Virus record (IMG/VR): IMGVR_UViG_3300025000_000085
DNA: 64,000 nucleotides
DNA from: an uncultured virus (IMG/VR IMGVR_UViG_3300025000_000085)
Lineage: Duplodnaviria; Heunggongvirae; Uroviricota; Caudoviricetes
Direction: 5' to 3' (one strand)
A program made the position numbers and the translations under genes. Below, in pieces: positions 45,683 to 54,783 of the stretch. The notes beneath the pieces are model-generated. The model was not told the DNA's origin and did not search any database. It saw only the letters and a program-made list of their open reading frames with translations. Every line of letters begins with the position of its first letter. The first letter of the stretch is position 1.

Positions 45683-47026
45683 CTACTCCACCGGGATCTC
45701 CTGCGGATCGACCGAGACCGAGCCGATGAGGAGGGCCAGCTCGTCTGGGCCGCGCAGGGCCTGCATGCCCCGGGCCTGCCACATCGACGTCGCTGACAAT
45801 CCGCCATCCTGCTCAGTCCATCCTGTGAGCCGACGCAGCCTGAGCGGCTCGCCGGTGATCGCACTGACAGGGTGACCGCTAGGAGCGCTAGAGGGGGCAG
45901 CCTGGCTCACCTCCAGGGCGCCGATGAAGCGATGCAGGTCCGTGTCGTACTGGGCCACGAGCCTCAGCTGGAACGTGGCCGTGAGGTGCAACGGGGTAGG
46001 GATGCGCCGGGCCGTCAAGGCTGAGGTGTCTCGGACCAGCGTCCTGCCGTGCAACCCGTGGGACTGCCCCCAGGGTTCGAGCCGCAGCTGCTCGAGCACG
46101 ACGGCCGGGAGCCGGGCCAGCTCGAAGAAGTCCTGGCTCGTGGCCCGAGCGGCGATGGGCCGCACGAGCAGATCCAGCTGCAGCAGATCTCCTTCGGTCT
46201 GCGCCGCCACGAGCGTCGCCAGTGCTGTCGCTGGGCTCCAGGCGGACAGCAGCTCCGTCGCCTCCCCGGGGTCGCCGGTGACGTTGTGCACGGAGACCAC
46301 CTCCAGGGCGAAGGCGTTGGTCTCGTCCCGCAGGCGATACTCCTCCAGGCCGGACAGGTCCACGAAGCCCGAACCATCGGCCCGCACCTGCAGCCGTGCC
46401 GAGATCTGCAGCTGGGCCAGCCAGGGGAGCAGGGTGCGGTGCACGAGGTCTTCGTCGGGGCTCGGCGAGAAGATGCGCACCAGCGCCCGGGCCCCATAGA
46501 CGACCGGCGTGACGGTCTCGTCCGAGGTCTCCAGGCGGAACAGCACCCGGAGCGCCGTCCCAGTCCAGAAGGGGAAGCCTGCGGCCACCTCGGCGGCGGT
46601 GTTCCAGCTGGCCTCCACGCTCAAGTTGGTCACGACGGCCCATGCTGCCCCTGTCCAGCGTTGCGCCAGGCCTGCGGCGTTGCCGAGCAGGAAGCGAACG
46701 GACGTCCCGTCGGGCTCAGAGTGGAGCATCTCGAGCGCCGCCCACTGCTTCGCCGCTGGCACGGTGCGCAGGTAGGTGCCAAGGATTGCTGCTCCGGCTG
46801 CACCCGTAGCGTAGATGCCGGAGAAGGGGGCCGTGGGCCGCAGAGTCACCCTGTCGCCGTAGCTCTCTCGCAGATCAGCATCCCAGGCGGGCTGGTCCCC
46901 TGAGGACAGGAGCACCCGGTGCAGCAACTCGCGCTGCCCGTTGGGGTAGAGCAGGCCGCCGAACAGCTCCGCCCGCTGCTCGTCGAGGGTGAGGTCGAGG
47001 ACCATGCCGGTCAGGGTGCGCGCCAC
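45683..47026 (-). CDS. Tail completion/terminator-like structural protein
   Basis: Position upstream of the sheath; LPAVVLE motif; RBS GAGGAGG. Confidence 0.55.
   Translation of the reverse strand: MARTLTGMVLDLTLDEQRAELFGGLLYPNGQRELLHRVLLSSGDQPAWDADLRESYGDRVTLRPTAPFSGIYATGAAGAAILGTYLRTVPAAKQWAALEMLHSEPDGTSVRFLLGNAAGLAQRWTGAAWAVVTNLSVEASWNTAAEVAAGFPFWTGTALRVLFRLETSDETVTPVVYGARALVRIFSPSPDEDLVHRTLLPWLAQLQISARLQVRADGSGFVDLSGLEEYRLRDETNAFALEVVSVHNVTGDPGEATELLSAWSPATALATLVAAQTEGDLLQLDLLVRPIAARATSQDFFELARLPAVVLEQLRLEPWGQSHGLHGRTLVRDTSALTARRIPTPLHLTATFQLRLVAQYDTDLHRFIGALEVSQAAPSSAPSGHPVSAITGEPLRLRRLTGWTEQDGGLSATSMWQARGMQALRGPDELALLIGSVSVDPQEIPVE
45878..45893 (-). promoter_or_regulatory. Late-promoter motif copy upstream of the tail sheath (inside the preceding CDS)
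   Basis: Exact GCTAGGAGCGCTAGAG. Confidence 0.6.
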
Positions 47027-47035
47027 ATTGCCTCC

Positions 47036-47704
47036 TCAGAAGTGCAGCAGGGCCTCCCCGACTGCCTTTTCCCAGTTGGTCCGGAGCTGCTGCTGGATCT
47101 CCGGGTCTTCGATCACCTGTCGGACGAAGGGCCGCGAGGGGATGACCCACGTCTCGGCGCCCTGCCCTTCGACGCGGATCTTGGCCCCCTTGACGAAGCG
47201 GCCGTCGCCCCCTCTGGTTGCCGGGCCGCTCTCGACCCTCGCCCCCGGAATCTTCGCCAGGTGCTGCTCCTTCGCCTTGCTCCGGTTGGCCCGCATCTTG
47301 GCGAACACGGCCCGGCGCATGGCCGGCGTGACCTTGAGCGTGAAGCCCTCGTGCAGCGCCAGGCCGACGTTGACCAGGTCCTGCCGGTCCTTGCCCTTGG
47401 CGCCGAACTTCAGGCCCACGAAGGCGACGAAGTCGCTGGCGAGCTCCTGCGTGATGGCCTGAAACAGGCCGCCGGACACCACGAGCGGCTTGCTCTTCGG
47501 TGCCTTGATCGCCAGGGTCAGCGGGGAGTTGGCAGCGTAGTCGCCTTCCTGGATGCGCTTGCGGATCGCCCGCTGCACGATGAGTGCGTTGCGCTGCGTC
47601 GCCCGCCGGACCTCTCGGCGCAGCCGCTGCTCGAAGGCCTTGGGATCCAGGGCGCGCAGGAAGTTGTTCCAGTTGCCCGTCAGGCGCAGTCCGGAGGTGG
47701 CCAT
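47036..47704 (-). CDS. Neck / virion morphogenesis protein (HK97 gp10 / P2 gpS-like)
   Basis: NSPLTLAIK..SKPLVVSGGL..I; HEG; IPSRPF. Confidence 0.75.
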   Translation of the reverse strand: MATSGLRLTGNWNNFLRALDPKAFEQRLRREVRRATQRNALIVQRAIRKRIQEGDYAANSPLTLAIKAPKSKPLVVSGGLFQAITQELASDFVAFVGLKFGAKGKDRQDLVNVGLALHEGFTLKVTPAMRRAVFAKMRANRSKAKEQHLAKIPGARVESGPATRGGDGRFVKGAKIRVEGQGAETWVIPSRPFVRQVIEDPEIQQQLRTNWEKAVGEALLHF

Positions 47705-47707
47705 CCC

Positions 47708-48109
47708 TCAGTCCCTCCTCGCCCCGCGGTCCCGGAAGAAGACGCGGACGAGGTTGTGACGGCCCTGATACTGGCCGCGCTGCTGGGCATTGGGCTGCAG
47801 GTAGAGCAGCGCTTTGACGCCCTCGATCGCTGTCACCCGATCCCCGTCGGCGGGGGCATAGCTGTACTTCTCCAGATCTGCCCGCTCGAAGGCCAGCCAG
47901 CCGTCGTAGTGCTCGACGTTGCCTGTCATCGTCTGCTCGACGTCCAGCAGCCTGGACCAGTGCACCTGCGCCGGGATGGTCACTGCGGCCTTGCGGGCCA
48001 CGCTGGGGATCTGCTCCCGGGCGCCGGTGTCGTAAGACGTGGTCGCCGGGTCGATGGGCTGGATCGTCACCTGGACGGGGTGGATCAGCTTCGGTCGAAT
48101 GCCTGGCAT
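47708..48109 (-). CDS. Head closure protein
   Basis: Size and position; GDRV motif. Confidence 0.6.
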   Translation of the reverse strand: MPGIRPKLIHPVQVTIQPIDPATTSYDTGAREQIPSVARKAAVTIPAQVHWSRLLDVEQTMTGNVEHYDGWLAFERADLEKYSYAPADGDRVTAIEGVKALLYLQPNAQQRGQYQGRHNLVRVFFRDRGARRD

Positions 48110-48110
48110 G

Positions 48111-48848
48111 TCACGCCCCCACGTAGTGCGGCCGCAAGGCCTGGTAGCGAGCAATGATGCGATCCACGCTGCGGATGCCCGAGGGGCCGCCGCTGGCCGC
48201 GGTCTTGGACAGCTGGTAGTGGTGGCCCTCGGTGGTCTCGCTCAGGATGAAGCGGCGCAGCGGCTCGTCGATGCTGCTCGGACGGGTGTCGTTGGCCAGC
48301 TGCCAGGCGTCGTCGCAGATCACCAGGGTGGCCACGGCCCGCTGCACGTCCAGCGGCGCCACCTCCTCGTCGCCGACGCTCACGGTCCACCCGAAGCTGC
48401 CCACCAGGTAGACGTTCTTGCTCCCCTTTGGGAAGACGCTGCTCACGAGCGACTGGCCACCGAAGTAGGTCAACGAGCCAGTCCCTGCCCGGACCATCAC
48501 GATCTTGGGGTTGCTGCGGTCGTCGTCCCCCCGTCGCCCGCGCCGGTTGTAGACCTCGTAGCGGTAGGAGGGGAATGCGACCTTGGTGTCGCCGGAAACC
48601 CCTCGCTTGTACTCACCCATCTCCGTCAGCGAGATGACCGGCTGCTCGAGGAAGAGCGTGTCGTGCCCGCTCCCGTCGACCCGCAGGGGATCGTCGGCCG
48701 TGTAGACGCTGGGAGAGAAGTCCATGCCGACCTCGTCCTGGAAGTACTCGGACGCCAGCGAGATCCCGGCGCTGACCTGCAGGTCGGAGGCCTGCGCCTC
48801 CGTGAGGCCCTGGGCCCGGATGTAGGCGAGGGTGACGAGGTCGGCCAT
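48111..48848 (-). CDS. Head-tail adaptor
   Basis: LVTLAYIR..DGSG..L.L..PVIS..FPKG..NV...FGW..P.DV..A. Confidence 0.75.
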   Translation of the reverse strand: MADLVTLAYIRAQGLTEAQASDLQVSAGISLASEYFQDEVGMDFSPSVYTADDPLRVDGSGHDTLFLEQPVISLTEMGEYKRGVSGDTKVAFPSYRYEVYNRRGRRGDDDRSNPKIVMVRAGTGSLTYFGGQSLVSSVFPKGSKNVYLVGSFGWTVSVGDEEVAPLDVQRAVATLVICDDAWQLANDTRPSSIDEPLRRFILSETTEGHHYQLSKTAASGGPSGIRSVDRIIARYQALRPHYVGA

Positions 48849-48911
48849 GGGCTCAGCTCCGTGGCCGGGAGGGCGGTACCGGAAGGGCGCCGCCCTCCCG
48901 GCGGGTCAGGA

Positions 48912-49688
48912 TCAGATGTGCGCCACCCGGACGGCCAGGTCCTGCAGCTTCGCCACGTTGCCGGCGTCGGCGACGGCGAAGGTGACGGACATGCGGATCG
49001 TCTGCGCCACCGCGGGGTCGATGGTCAGGCCGGTGGTGCGCTTCACCGTCGCCACGGCGGTCCCCGGAGCCCCCGTCGCAGAGATCTCCTCGACCACTGC
49101 GGCGTTGGCTGCACGCAGCTTGATGCGGACCTTGCCGGCCGCCCGATCGTTCTGCGCCGCGGCGAAGGCGCCGGAGGTGTAAACCACCTGCGTGCCCACG
49201 TAGATCTGGAAGGTGGCATTGCCGCCGCCGCCCATGGCGCCGCTGACCAGGGCGTCGAAGTCGATCTCGATCTCGTCGCCGGCCTTGCCCTTGCCCGCCG
49301 CCAGAACGTAGAGGGCGTCGAAGAACTGCTCATCGACCGAGTTGCCGGCCTCGGTGGAGTCGGCCGTGTTGGTGTAGAGCAGCTCGACGCCGGTCCTCGC
49401 GATGGCGGCAGCGATCGCCTGCAGCGCCGCCTCGGTGCCACCGCCGGCCTGCAGCGCGGTCTTGATCGACTCGATCTCGGCGAAGAGGTCGCCGCCGCTC
49501 TCCAGGAGCTTGGTGAGAGCTCCGCCGGTCTCGAAGACCTTGGTCAGCGCACCACCGGTCTCCAGGGTCTTGGTCAGCGCGCCGCCCGCTTCCAGGACCT
49601 TGGTCAGCGCTCCGCCGGTGGCGAGCGCCTCAGCGAGGGTGGCCAGCAGCTCCAGCCCTCTCTTCTGCTCTTCGGTCGGGTACGACAT
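48912..49688 (-). CDS. Hypothetical virion protein with four 10-aa repeats (GGALTKxxEx)
   Basis: 30-bp repeats at ~49495-49620; RBS GGAGGGAG. Confidence 0.7.
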   Translation of the reverse strand: MSYPTEEQKRGLELLATLAEALATGGALTKVLEAGGALTKTLETGGALTKVFETGGALTKLLESGGDLFAEIESIKTALQAGGGTEAALQAIAAAIARTGVELLYTNTADSTEAGNSVDEQFFDALYVLAAGKGKAGDEIEIDFDALVSGAMGGGGNATFQIYVGTQVVYTSGAFAAAQNDRAAGKVRIKLRAANAAVVEEISATGAPGTAVATVKRTTGLTIDPAVAQTIRMSVTFAVADAGNVAKLQDLAVRVAHI

Positions 49689-49746
49689 CTCACTCCCTCC
49701 TGCCCGCCCTGGCGAGCTGCTGGGACTTCAGTTCATGCACCCAGGC

Positions 49747-50292
49747 TCAGAGGGAGCTGGTGCGCATCAGGCCATCGGAGCGGGGCACGCCGAAGGGCCG
49801 CTCGGCGTTGTCGTAGGCCAGCGCCACGACCGCATCGGCCGAGCGGTACACCGTGACGACGTACAGCGAGATCCAGGGGTTGCCGTCGCCCACGGCCGCC
49901 TGGATCGCTGCCGGCGTCGCGGCCACCGCGGAGCCGTGGGCCGCCTCGGCGCCGAAGACGTTGACGTAGGCGATGGCGCCGGTGTCGTGGCGCCGGTAGG
50001 CCACCCGGGTGATCTTGCGGTCGTACAGCAGCGTGATCCAGTTGGCCTCGTTGACCAGCACCACGTCGGCCGTGGCGACCCGCTCGGCGAGCGCGGGGGA
50101 GCCGTTGCCGTCCTTGCCGGGCAGCACCGCATGGCCCGCACTCTCGTTGACGCGGATGGCGCTGTTGTTCCCCCCCAACAGGGCTCCCTGGACGCTGGGG
50201 GTGGAGGCCGCTGCGGCCAGGATCCCATCGACCTGGTAGCGGAAGAAGCTCGCCGGCAGGTCGGTCCTGCCCAGAAACTTGTCTGCGTTCAT
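49747..50292 (-). CDS. Hypothetical head-associated protein
   Basis: RBS AAGGAG; downstream of the MCP. Confidence 0.7.
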   Translation of the reverse strand: MNADKFLGRTDLPASFFRYQVDGILAAAASTPSVQGALLGGNNSAIRVNESAGHAVLPGKDGNGSPALAERVATADVVLVNEANWITLLYDRKITRVAYRRHDTGAIAYVNVFGAEAAHGSAVAATPAAIQAAVGDGNPWISLYVVTVYRSADAVVALAYDNAERPFGVPRSDGLMRTSSL

Positions 50293-50353
50293 CGCTCTGC
50301 TCCTTCGCTCCCCTCAGCGGAGCGCCGGTTTTTTGTTGTCCTGCCAGGCGTCC

Positions 50354-50830
50354 CTACGCCTGCGCCCCGCCGCCCTCTCCCTTCTCCTGCTTCGCCCCTC
50401 GCCGCCCCTTGGACGTCCCCGGCTGGTCGCCGGCCGCGGCGATCTTGGCCTTCAGCGCCTCGATCTCCGCCTGCAGCCTGGCCTGCTGCTCGGCGTTGTC
50501 CTGCTTGTCCTTGGCCCGGGCGGCCCGCTCCTGCTCGGCCTGCTTCGCCAGCTCGGCCTCCCGGATGTCGCGCCGCTTGCGGTCGATCTCCGCCGCATGC
50601 AGCGCCTCGGACGCCGCCTTCTCTCCGCCGGCCACGACGATGGTGGGCCCGGAGAACGCCTTGTTCTCCCTCAGCCACTTGTCGAAGTCCGTCCCGGGGT
50701 GAGCATGGCAGCTCTGCCCGGGGACGAACGTGCGGCCGTTGGCCGTCATGCTGGCGCGGCCCTTGTAGTCGTAGCGGTAGATGATCTTGCCCACCGCCAC
50801 GGCGTTCTGCTGTCCGTTGCGCTCTTCCAC
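50354..50830 (-). CDS. Hypothetical protein with coiled-coil tail
   Basis: RBS GAGGAGG, GTG start at 50830. Confidence 0.7.
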   Translation of the reverse strand: MEERNGQQNAVAVGKIIYRYDYKGRASMTANGRTFVPGQSCHAHPGTDFDKWLRENKAFSGPTIVVAGGEKAASEALHAAEIDRKRRDIREAELAKQAEQERAARAKDKQDNAEQQARLQAEIEALKAKIAAAGDQPGTSKGRRGAKQEKGEGGGAQA

Positions 50831-50911
50831 CGTTGTCCTCCTCAGCCGGGATCTGAGGGATCGTGCCGGCCCAGCCACCTCAGCGGCCGGGCCGGCACAG
50901 GGTTACCTGCC

Positions 50912-52171
50912 TCAGGCTGCCAGGTTGGGGTAGAAGTACCCCTTGAGCAGCACGGCGGCCTCGGGCCGCACGATCACGCTGTCCATCCAGCAGTGGACCT
51001 TGGTGATCTCGGACGGCTTGTCGCTGTCCAGCGCGGCCAGCGCCAGGATCTGGTCGGCCAGCGCCAGGACGAGGTTGTTGGGGTCGCTCAGGATCAGCGA
51101 CCGCTCGTCGGCGACCTGCACGTCGTAGTCGCTGGCCACGGCGCTGATCACCGTCTGGCCCAGGGCGCCCGTGGTGTAGATCAGGTTCTGCCCGCCCACG
51201 TGCGCCACGGTGCAGAGCTCGTAGGCTCCGGTGGCCTTCAGGGTGATCCGCACCCGACGGTTGTCGGCTCCGGCGTCGTAGGCGTCGGGGAGGATGGTGG
51301 CCACGCGGACCGTCATCGTGCCGTCGCCGTCGTCGACCACGGCGGTGGGAGCGCCGTTGGGGCCGATGAGCTCCGGCCAGTGGTCCACCTCGACGACGGG
51401 CATGCCCCACGGGCCGGCGGTCATGCCGTTGTCGAGGATCTGCTTGACGAGCGTGTCCGCGCTGGGATGCTGGGCCTGCTTCCAGTTCCCGTAGTGGATG
51501 ATCTCGTCGGGGGGGGTGTAGAGCCGCAGCGCCTTGGAGCGGAAGGGCCGCTCCAGCGCCTCGAGCGCCCGGGGGTAGATCTTGGTGGCGTCGTAGCTCT
51601 GGGCCACACGCACGCCGCCGATCACCTGGGACAGGTCGACGATCTGCATCCCGCCGGCCTCGGCCCGGGTGCAGATGCCGTCGGAGCCGTTCAGCCCGCT
51701 GTCGCTGCTGGTCTTGTCGCCGTTGATCAGCGTGCGGGCCATGCTGTTGCCGAAGGCGGCCTTGAAGCCCTCGCGAGCCTGGGCCTTCAGGTCGCTGCCG
51801 GTGAGGGACTGCACCCGACGCTGGGCGTAGCGGGTGAGCTCCAGGTCCATCTTGTAGTGGCCCGGATCCACGTCGACCTCGCGGTAGGTCGGTTCGCGGC
51901 TGACGGCGATGGCGTCTCCGTCCTCGGGGACGTGCTGCCAGAACTGGCCGTCGAAGTTCAGGAAGTCGATGGTCGACTGCCCCGGGGCGATGGTCGCCAT
52001 GCGGCAGCCGTGCCGCAGCACGTTGCTGCGGTTGACCGTCTCGTTCAGCAGCGCCACGAAGCGGCGGCCGGTGAGCATGCGCGCACCACCGCTGTTGCCC
52101 GCGGTCATCGGCCCGGCAGCCTTGTGGGCATTCACCAGCCGGGCGAACTCCTCTTCGATCCTCGTTCCCAT
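50912..52171 (-). CDS. Major capsid protein (HK97 fold) with inserted domain
   Basis: LINGD..SD..L...DG, GMPVVEV..WP, LILSDPNNL; follows protease/scaffold. Confidence 0.85.
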   Translation of the reverse strand: MGTRIEEEFARLVNAHKAAGPMTAGNSGGARMLTGRRFVALLNETVNRSNVLRHGCRMATIAPGQSTIDFLNFDGQFWQHVPEDGDAIAVSREPTYREVDVDPGHYKMDLELTRYAQRRVQSLTGSDLKAQAREGFKAAFGNSMARTLINGDKTSSDSGLNGSDGICTRAEAGGMQIVDLSQVIGGVRVAQSYDATKIYPRALEALERPFRSKALRLYTPPDEIIHYGNWKQAQHPSADTLVKQILDNGMTAGPWGMPVVEVDHWPELIGPNGAPTAVVDDGDGTMTVRVATILPDAYDAGADNRRVRITLKATGAYELCTVAHVGGQNLIYTTGALGQTVISAVASDYDVQVADERSLILSDPNNLVLALADQILALAALDSDKPSEITKVHCWMDSVIVRPEAAVLLKGYFYPNLAA

Positions 52172-52247
52172 CTCGCCCTCCTCAGGCTGTTTCTGCACGG
52201 GTCCAGCGGAGTCCTTGCCGCTTTAGGCCCGTCCGGGTCGTTCTTGC

Positions 52248-53843
52248 TCAGCCCAGCAGATCGTCGATCGCCGAGTCGCCCTCGCCCAGCCCGCCGGCCT
52301 TGACCGCGGGGGCTGCGCCCGCCGCCGGGAGAGCACGGCCGGCACCGGAGGCCTCGAGCCGCAGGGCCTCGAGCAGGAGCCCGCCCACCTGCGCCTTGAG
52401 GGCGGTGAGGGGATCGGCCGCCTGGCCGCCCGCTCCCTTCTGGGCCCCGAGCACGCCGAAGGGGCCTTCGCCGCCGGCGGGGGCCGAGCTGCTCAGCGGG
52501 CTGCCGAGGTTGAGCGAGCCGCTGAACATGTTGCGCAGCGCCTGCTCCGGGCTGTCCGGGTTGTCGATGGGCGCGGTCTGCGAGGCGGCCGGGCTGTCGT
52601 CGCCGGGGATGGCCAGCCCCGGGATGGCCTTCTGCGCCACGGCCTTCAGTCCGTCCCAGAGGGGCTTGACCGCCTCGGCCACGGCCGCCTTGATGGCGTC
52701 CTGCATCTCGACCTTGGGGTCGGGCGTGCCCTTGAGGGCGGCTTCCATCTTCTGGTACGCTGCCGCCCGCTCCTTGTCCGTCTTCGCGCCCTTCACCGCC
52801 TCCAGAGCCTGGAGGGCGGCCTCGCTCGCCTTCTTTTCGGCCATGGCCTGCTCCTCTTCCTCGCCCTTGGCGGGCGCGCTGCCGGCCGTCGGAATCTCTT
52901 CCCCGTCGGCCGTGGTTTCCGTCTTGCCCTTGCCCGCTTCGCCCTCGGCCTCGCCGGATTCGGTGCCGCCCTCGCCCTCGGACTTCGCATCGATCTTCGC
53001 CTGGATGAAGGCGGGCATCTTGCCCTTCTCGGCGCCTTCGCCGGATGCCTCGGCGGCGATCTCGACGGCGGGAGCTGCGCGGTCCAGGATGCCCTGCAGC
53101 GCGGTGGCTGCGGCCTGCAGGTCCGCCAGGTTGGCCTGGCTCAGCATCTTGCCCGCCTTCTGGGCGACGGACTTCGAAGCCTCGACGTGCTCGGACGGCA
53201 GCACGGGCTCGCCTGCGCTCTTGAGCCCTTCCAGCTGAGCCTGGCCCAGCAGCTGCAGCGCCTTGGCGTGGAACTCGTCGAGGATCTGACGCATCGACTC
53301 GGCGCGGCGACCATCGAAGTTGCTGCCCCAGCTGGAGGTGACGTCGCACATCGCGTCGTCGAGAGCGTCCCGCAGGTTCCACCACTTCTCCCGCCACTCC
53401 CTGAGGACGAACTTGTCGACCAAGCTCGGCACCGGGGGAGCAATGACGACGGGAGTCGCTGCGGCCCCTTCCTTGACGGCCTCCACCGGCTCGATCCCGA
53501 ACGGAGCGTCGTCGCTGCTGCCGGAGAACCAGGACATGAAGCGCTGGAAACGGCCGGCGGCCTTCTGAGCCTGCTCGGGGGTCTGCTGCTCGGACGCTGC
53601 GGCGGCTTCGTTCCTCTCGGCCACGGGGACCTCCTGCTTCGCTGCCCGCTGATCGCCAGCGGGTTCGCTGTCGCCCTTGAGCGCTGCGATGGGGGTGTGG
53701 TTGGATGGCAGCCCCACGGACGAGATCCGCCGCGCCTCATTGACCGGGATCAGGAAGGGGATCTCCCGACGCACACGCACACTGCCGTCGTCCAGCGTCT
53801 CCAGGACCTCGTCGGCTGCCAGCTTGTACGTGCCGGTCTTCAC
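52248..53843 (-). CDS. Capsid scaffolding-like protein
   Basis: N-terminal ISSVGLPSN..K motif, KAGKMLS..N..L motif, low-complexity acidic region. Confidence 0.65.
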   Translation of the reverse strand: MKTGTYKLAADEVLETLDDGSVRVRREIPFLIPVNEARRISSVGLPSNHTPIAALKGDSEPAGDQRAAKQEVPVAERNEAAAASEQQTPEQAQKAAGRFQRFMSWFSGSSDDAPFGIEPVEAVKEGAAATPVVIAPPVPSLVDKFVLREWREKWWNLRDALDDAMCDVTSSWGSNFDGRRAESMRQILDEFHAKALQLLGQAQLEGLKSAGEPVLPSEHVEASKSVAQKAGKMLSQANLADLQAAATALQGILDRAAPAVEIAAEASGEGAEKGKMPAFIQAKIDAKSEGEGGTESGEAEGEAGKGKTETTADGEEIPTAGSAPAKGEEEEQAMAEKKASEAALQALEAVKGAKTDKERAAAYQKMEAALKGTPDPKVEMQDAIKAAVAEAVKPLWDGLKAVAQKAIPGLAIPGDDSPAASQTAPIDNPDSPEQALRNMFSGSLNLGSPLSSSAPAGGEGPFGVLGAQKGAGGQAADPLTALKAQVGGLLLEALRLEASGAGRALPAAGAAPAVKAGGLGEGDSAIDDLLG

Positions 53844-54382
53844 TCGACCTCCTGCAGACGGACCTGGTTGGCGGGGATCACCATCTCGACGTGCTCGATG
53901 AACACGATCACGTCGGCCTCGAACGAGAAGCCTGTCAGCTTGCCGCTCTTGACCTGCTCCCAGACCGCTGGGTCGTGGTAGCGAAGGGTCACGACCGACG
54001 CGTCCACGGGGAACAGTGGAGAGGCGATTCGCTCGTCGTTGACGAAGATCTCGACGAGGCGGGCGGCGTCGGTCTGCTTGTCGTGCTGAACGTCATGACC
54101 AGCCAGCCGGCCCTGCAGCATGTACGCCCGTGCCAGCTCGTAGACGGCCGCTGCCGTCATCGCCTCGCCGTCCACGTCCAGCGTGCCCAGGGAGCCGTCG
54201 AAGGCACGGGCGAGAACCCCCGTGGCCTCCATGCGCTCGACGTTGGACGGAGAGAGCTGCTCGACGGAGAACTTGATCGCCACCTGAGCCGTCTCGGCCC
54301 CGGTGGACGCAGGGGTGCCGGCCGGTCCGGCCCCCTGCTCCACCAGTTGCTCCCAGGCTCTCCGATCACCCATGCCGCTCAT
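53840..54382 (-). CDS. XkdF-like prohead serine protease
   Basis: DVDGE, HDVQH, VWEQVKSGKLTGFSFEA. Confidence 0.85.
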   Translation of the reverse strand: MSGMGDRRAWEQLVEQGAGPAGTPASTGAETAQVAIKFSVEQLSPSNVERMEATGVLARAFDGSLGTLDVDGEAMTAAAVYELARAYMLQGRLAGHDVQHDKQTDAARLVEIFVNDERIASPLFPVDASVVTLRYHDPAVWEQVKSGKLTGFSFEADVIVFIEHVEMVIPANQVRLQEVE

Positions 54383-54442
54383 CGCTCCTGCACTCGTTGC
54401 TTGGCCCCAGCACGGGGCCCATCTCAGAGCCTCATGGTGAGT

Positions 54443-54458
54443 GCTAGGAGCGCTAGAG
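54443..54458 (-). promoter_or_regulatory. Late-promoter motif copy upstream of protease/capsid genes
   Basis: Exact GCTAGGAGCGCTAGAG in an intergenic gap. Confidence 0.65.
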
Positions 54459-54561
54459 GGGTGCGGTGCAGCGTAGGGGGTGCAGAGAAAGCCGGCGGTG
54501 TGGGCGGGAAGGCGTGCGGGAATGTCTCCTCATCCCCTCAGGCTACGAAGTGCTCGATGCG

Positions 54562-54783
54562 CTACTCCCCGGCGACGAACGGCTCGATGGTGCCCGCCTC
54601 GAAGTCGACGAGGACGACCTTGCCGAGGTAGGGCAGCAGCATCTCGTACGTCACCTGCAGGATGGACTCGCCCGGGGCAACGAGGCTAGGAGGAATTTCG
54701 CAAGGGAAGTCTGGCCGACTGATGCTCAGCTTGCCGTCTGCCCAAGAGCAAGTGCCAACAACCACCTTGGATTTCGTGCTCAT
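54562..54783 (-). CDS. Small protein, candidate immunity protein for the MuF toxin domain
   Basis: 73 aa, ATGA-coupled to muF. Confidence 0.5.
   Translation of the reverse strand: MSTKSKVVVGTCSWADGKLSISRPDFPCEIPPSLVAPGESILQVTYEMLLPYLGKVVLVDFEAGTIEPFVAGE

Noticed and set aside
30878..47704. Stand-alone extracellular contractile injection system or tailocin
   Set aside because: Capsid, portal and terminase genes are contiguous, so this is a phage tail
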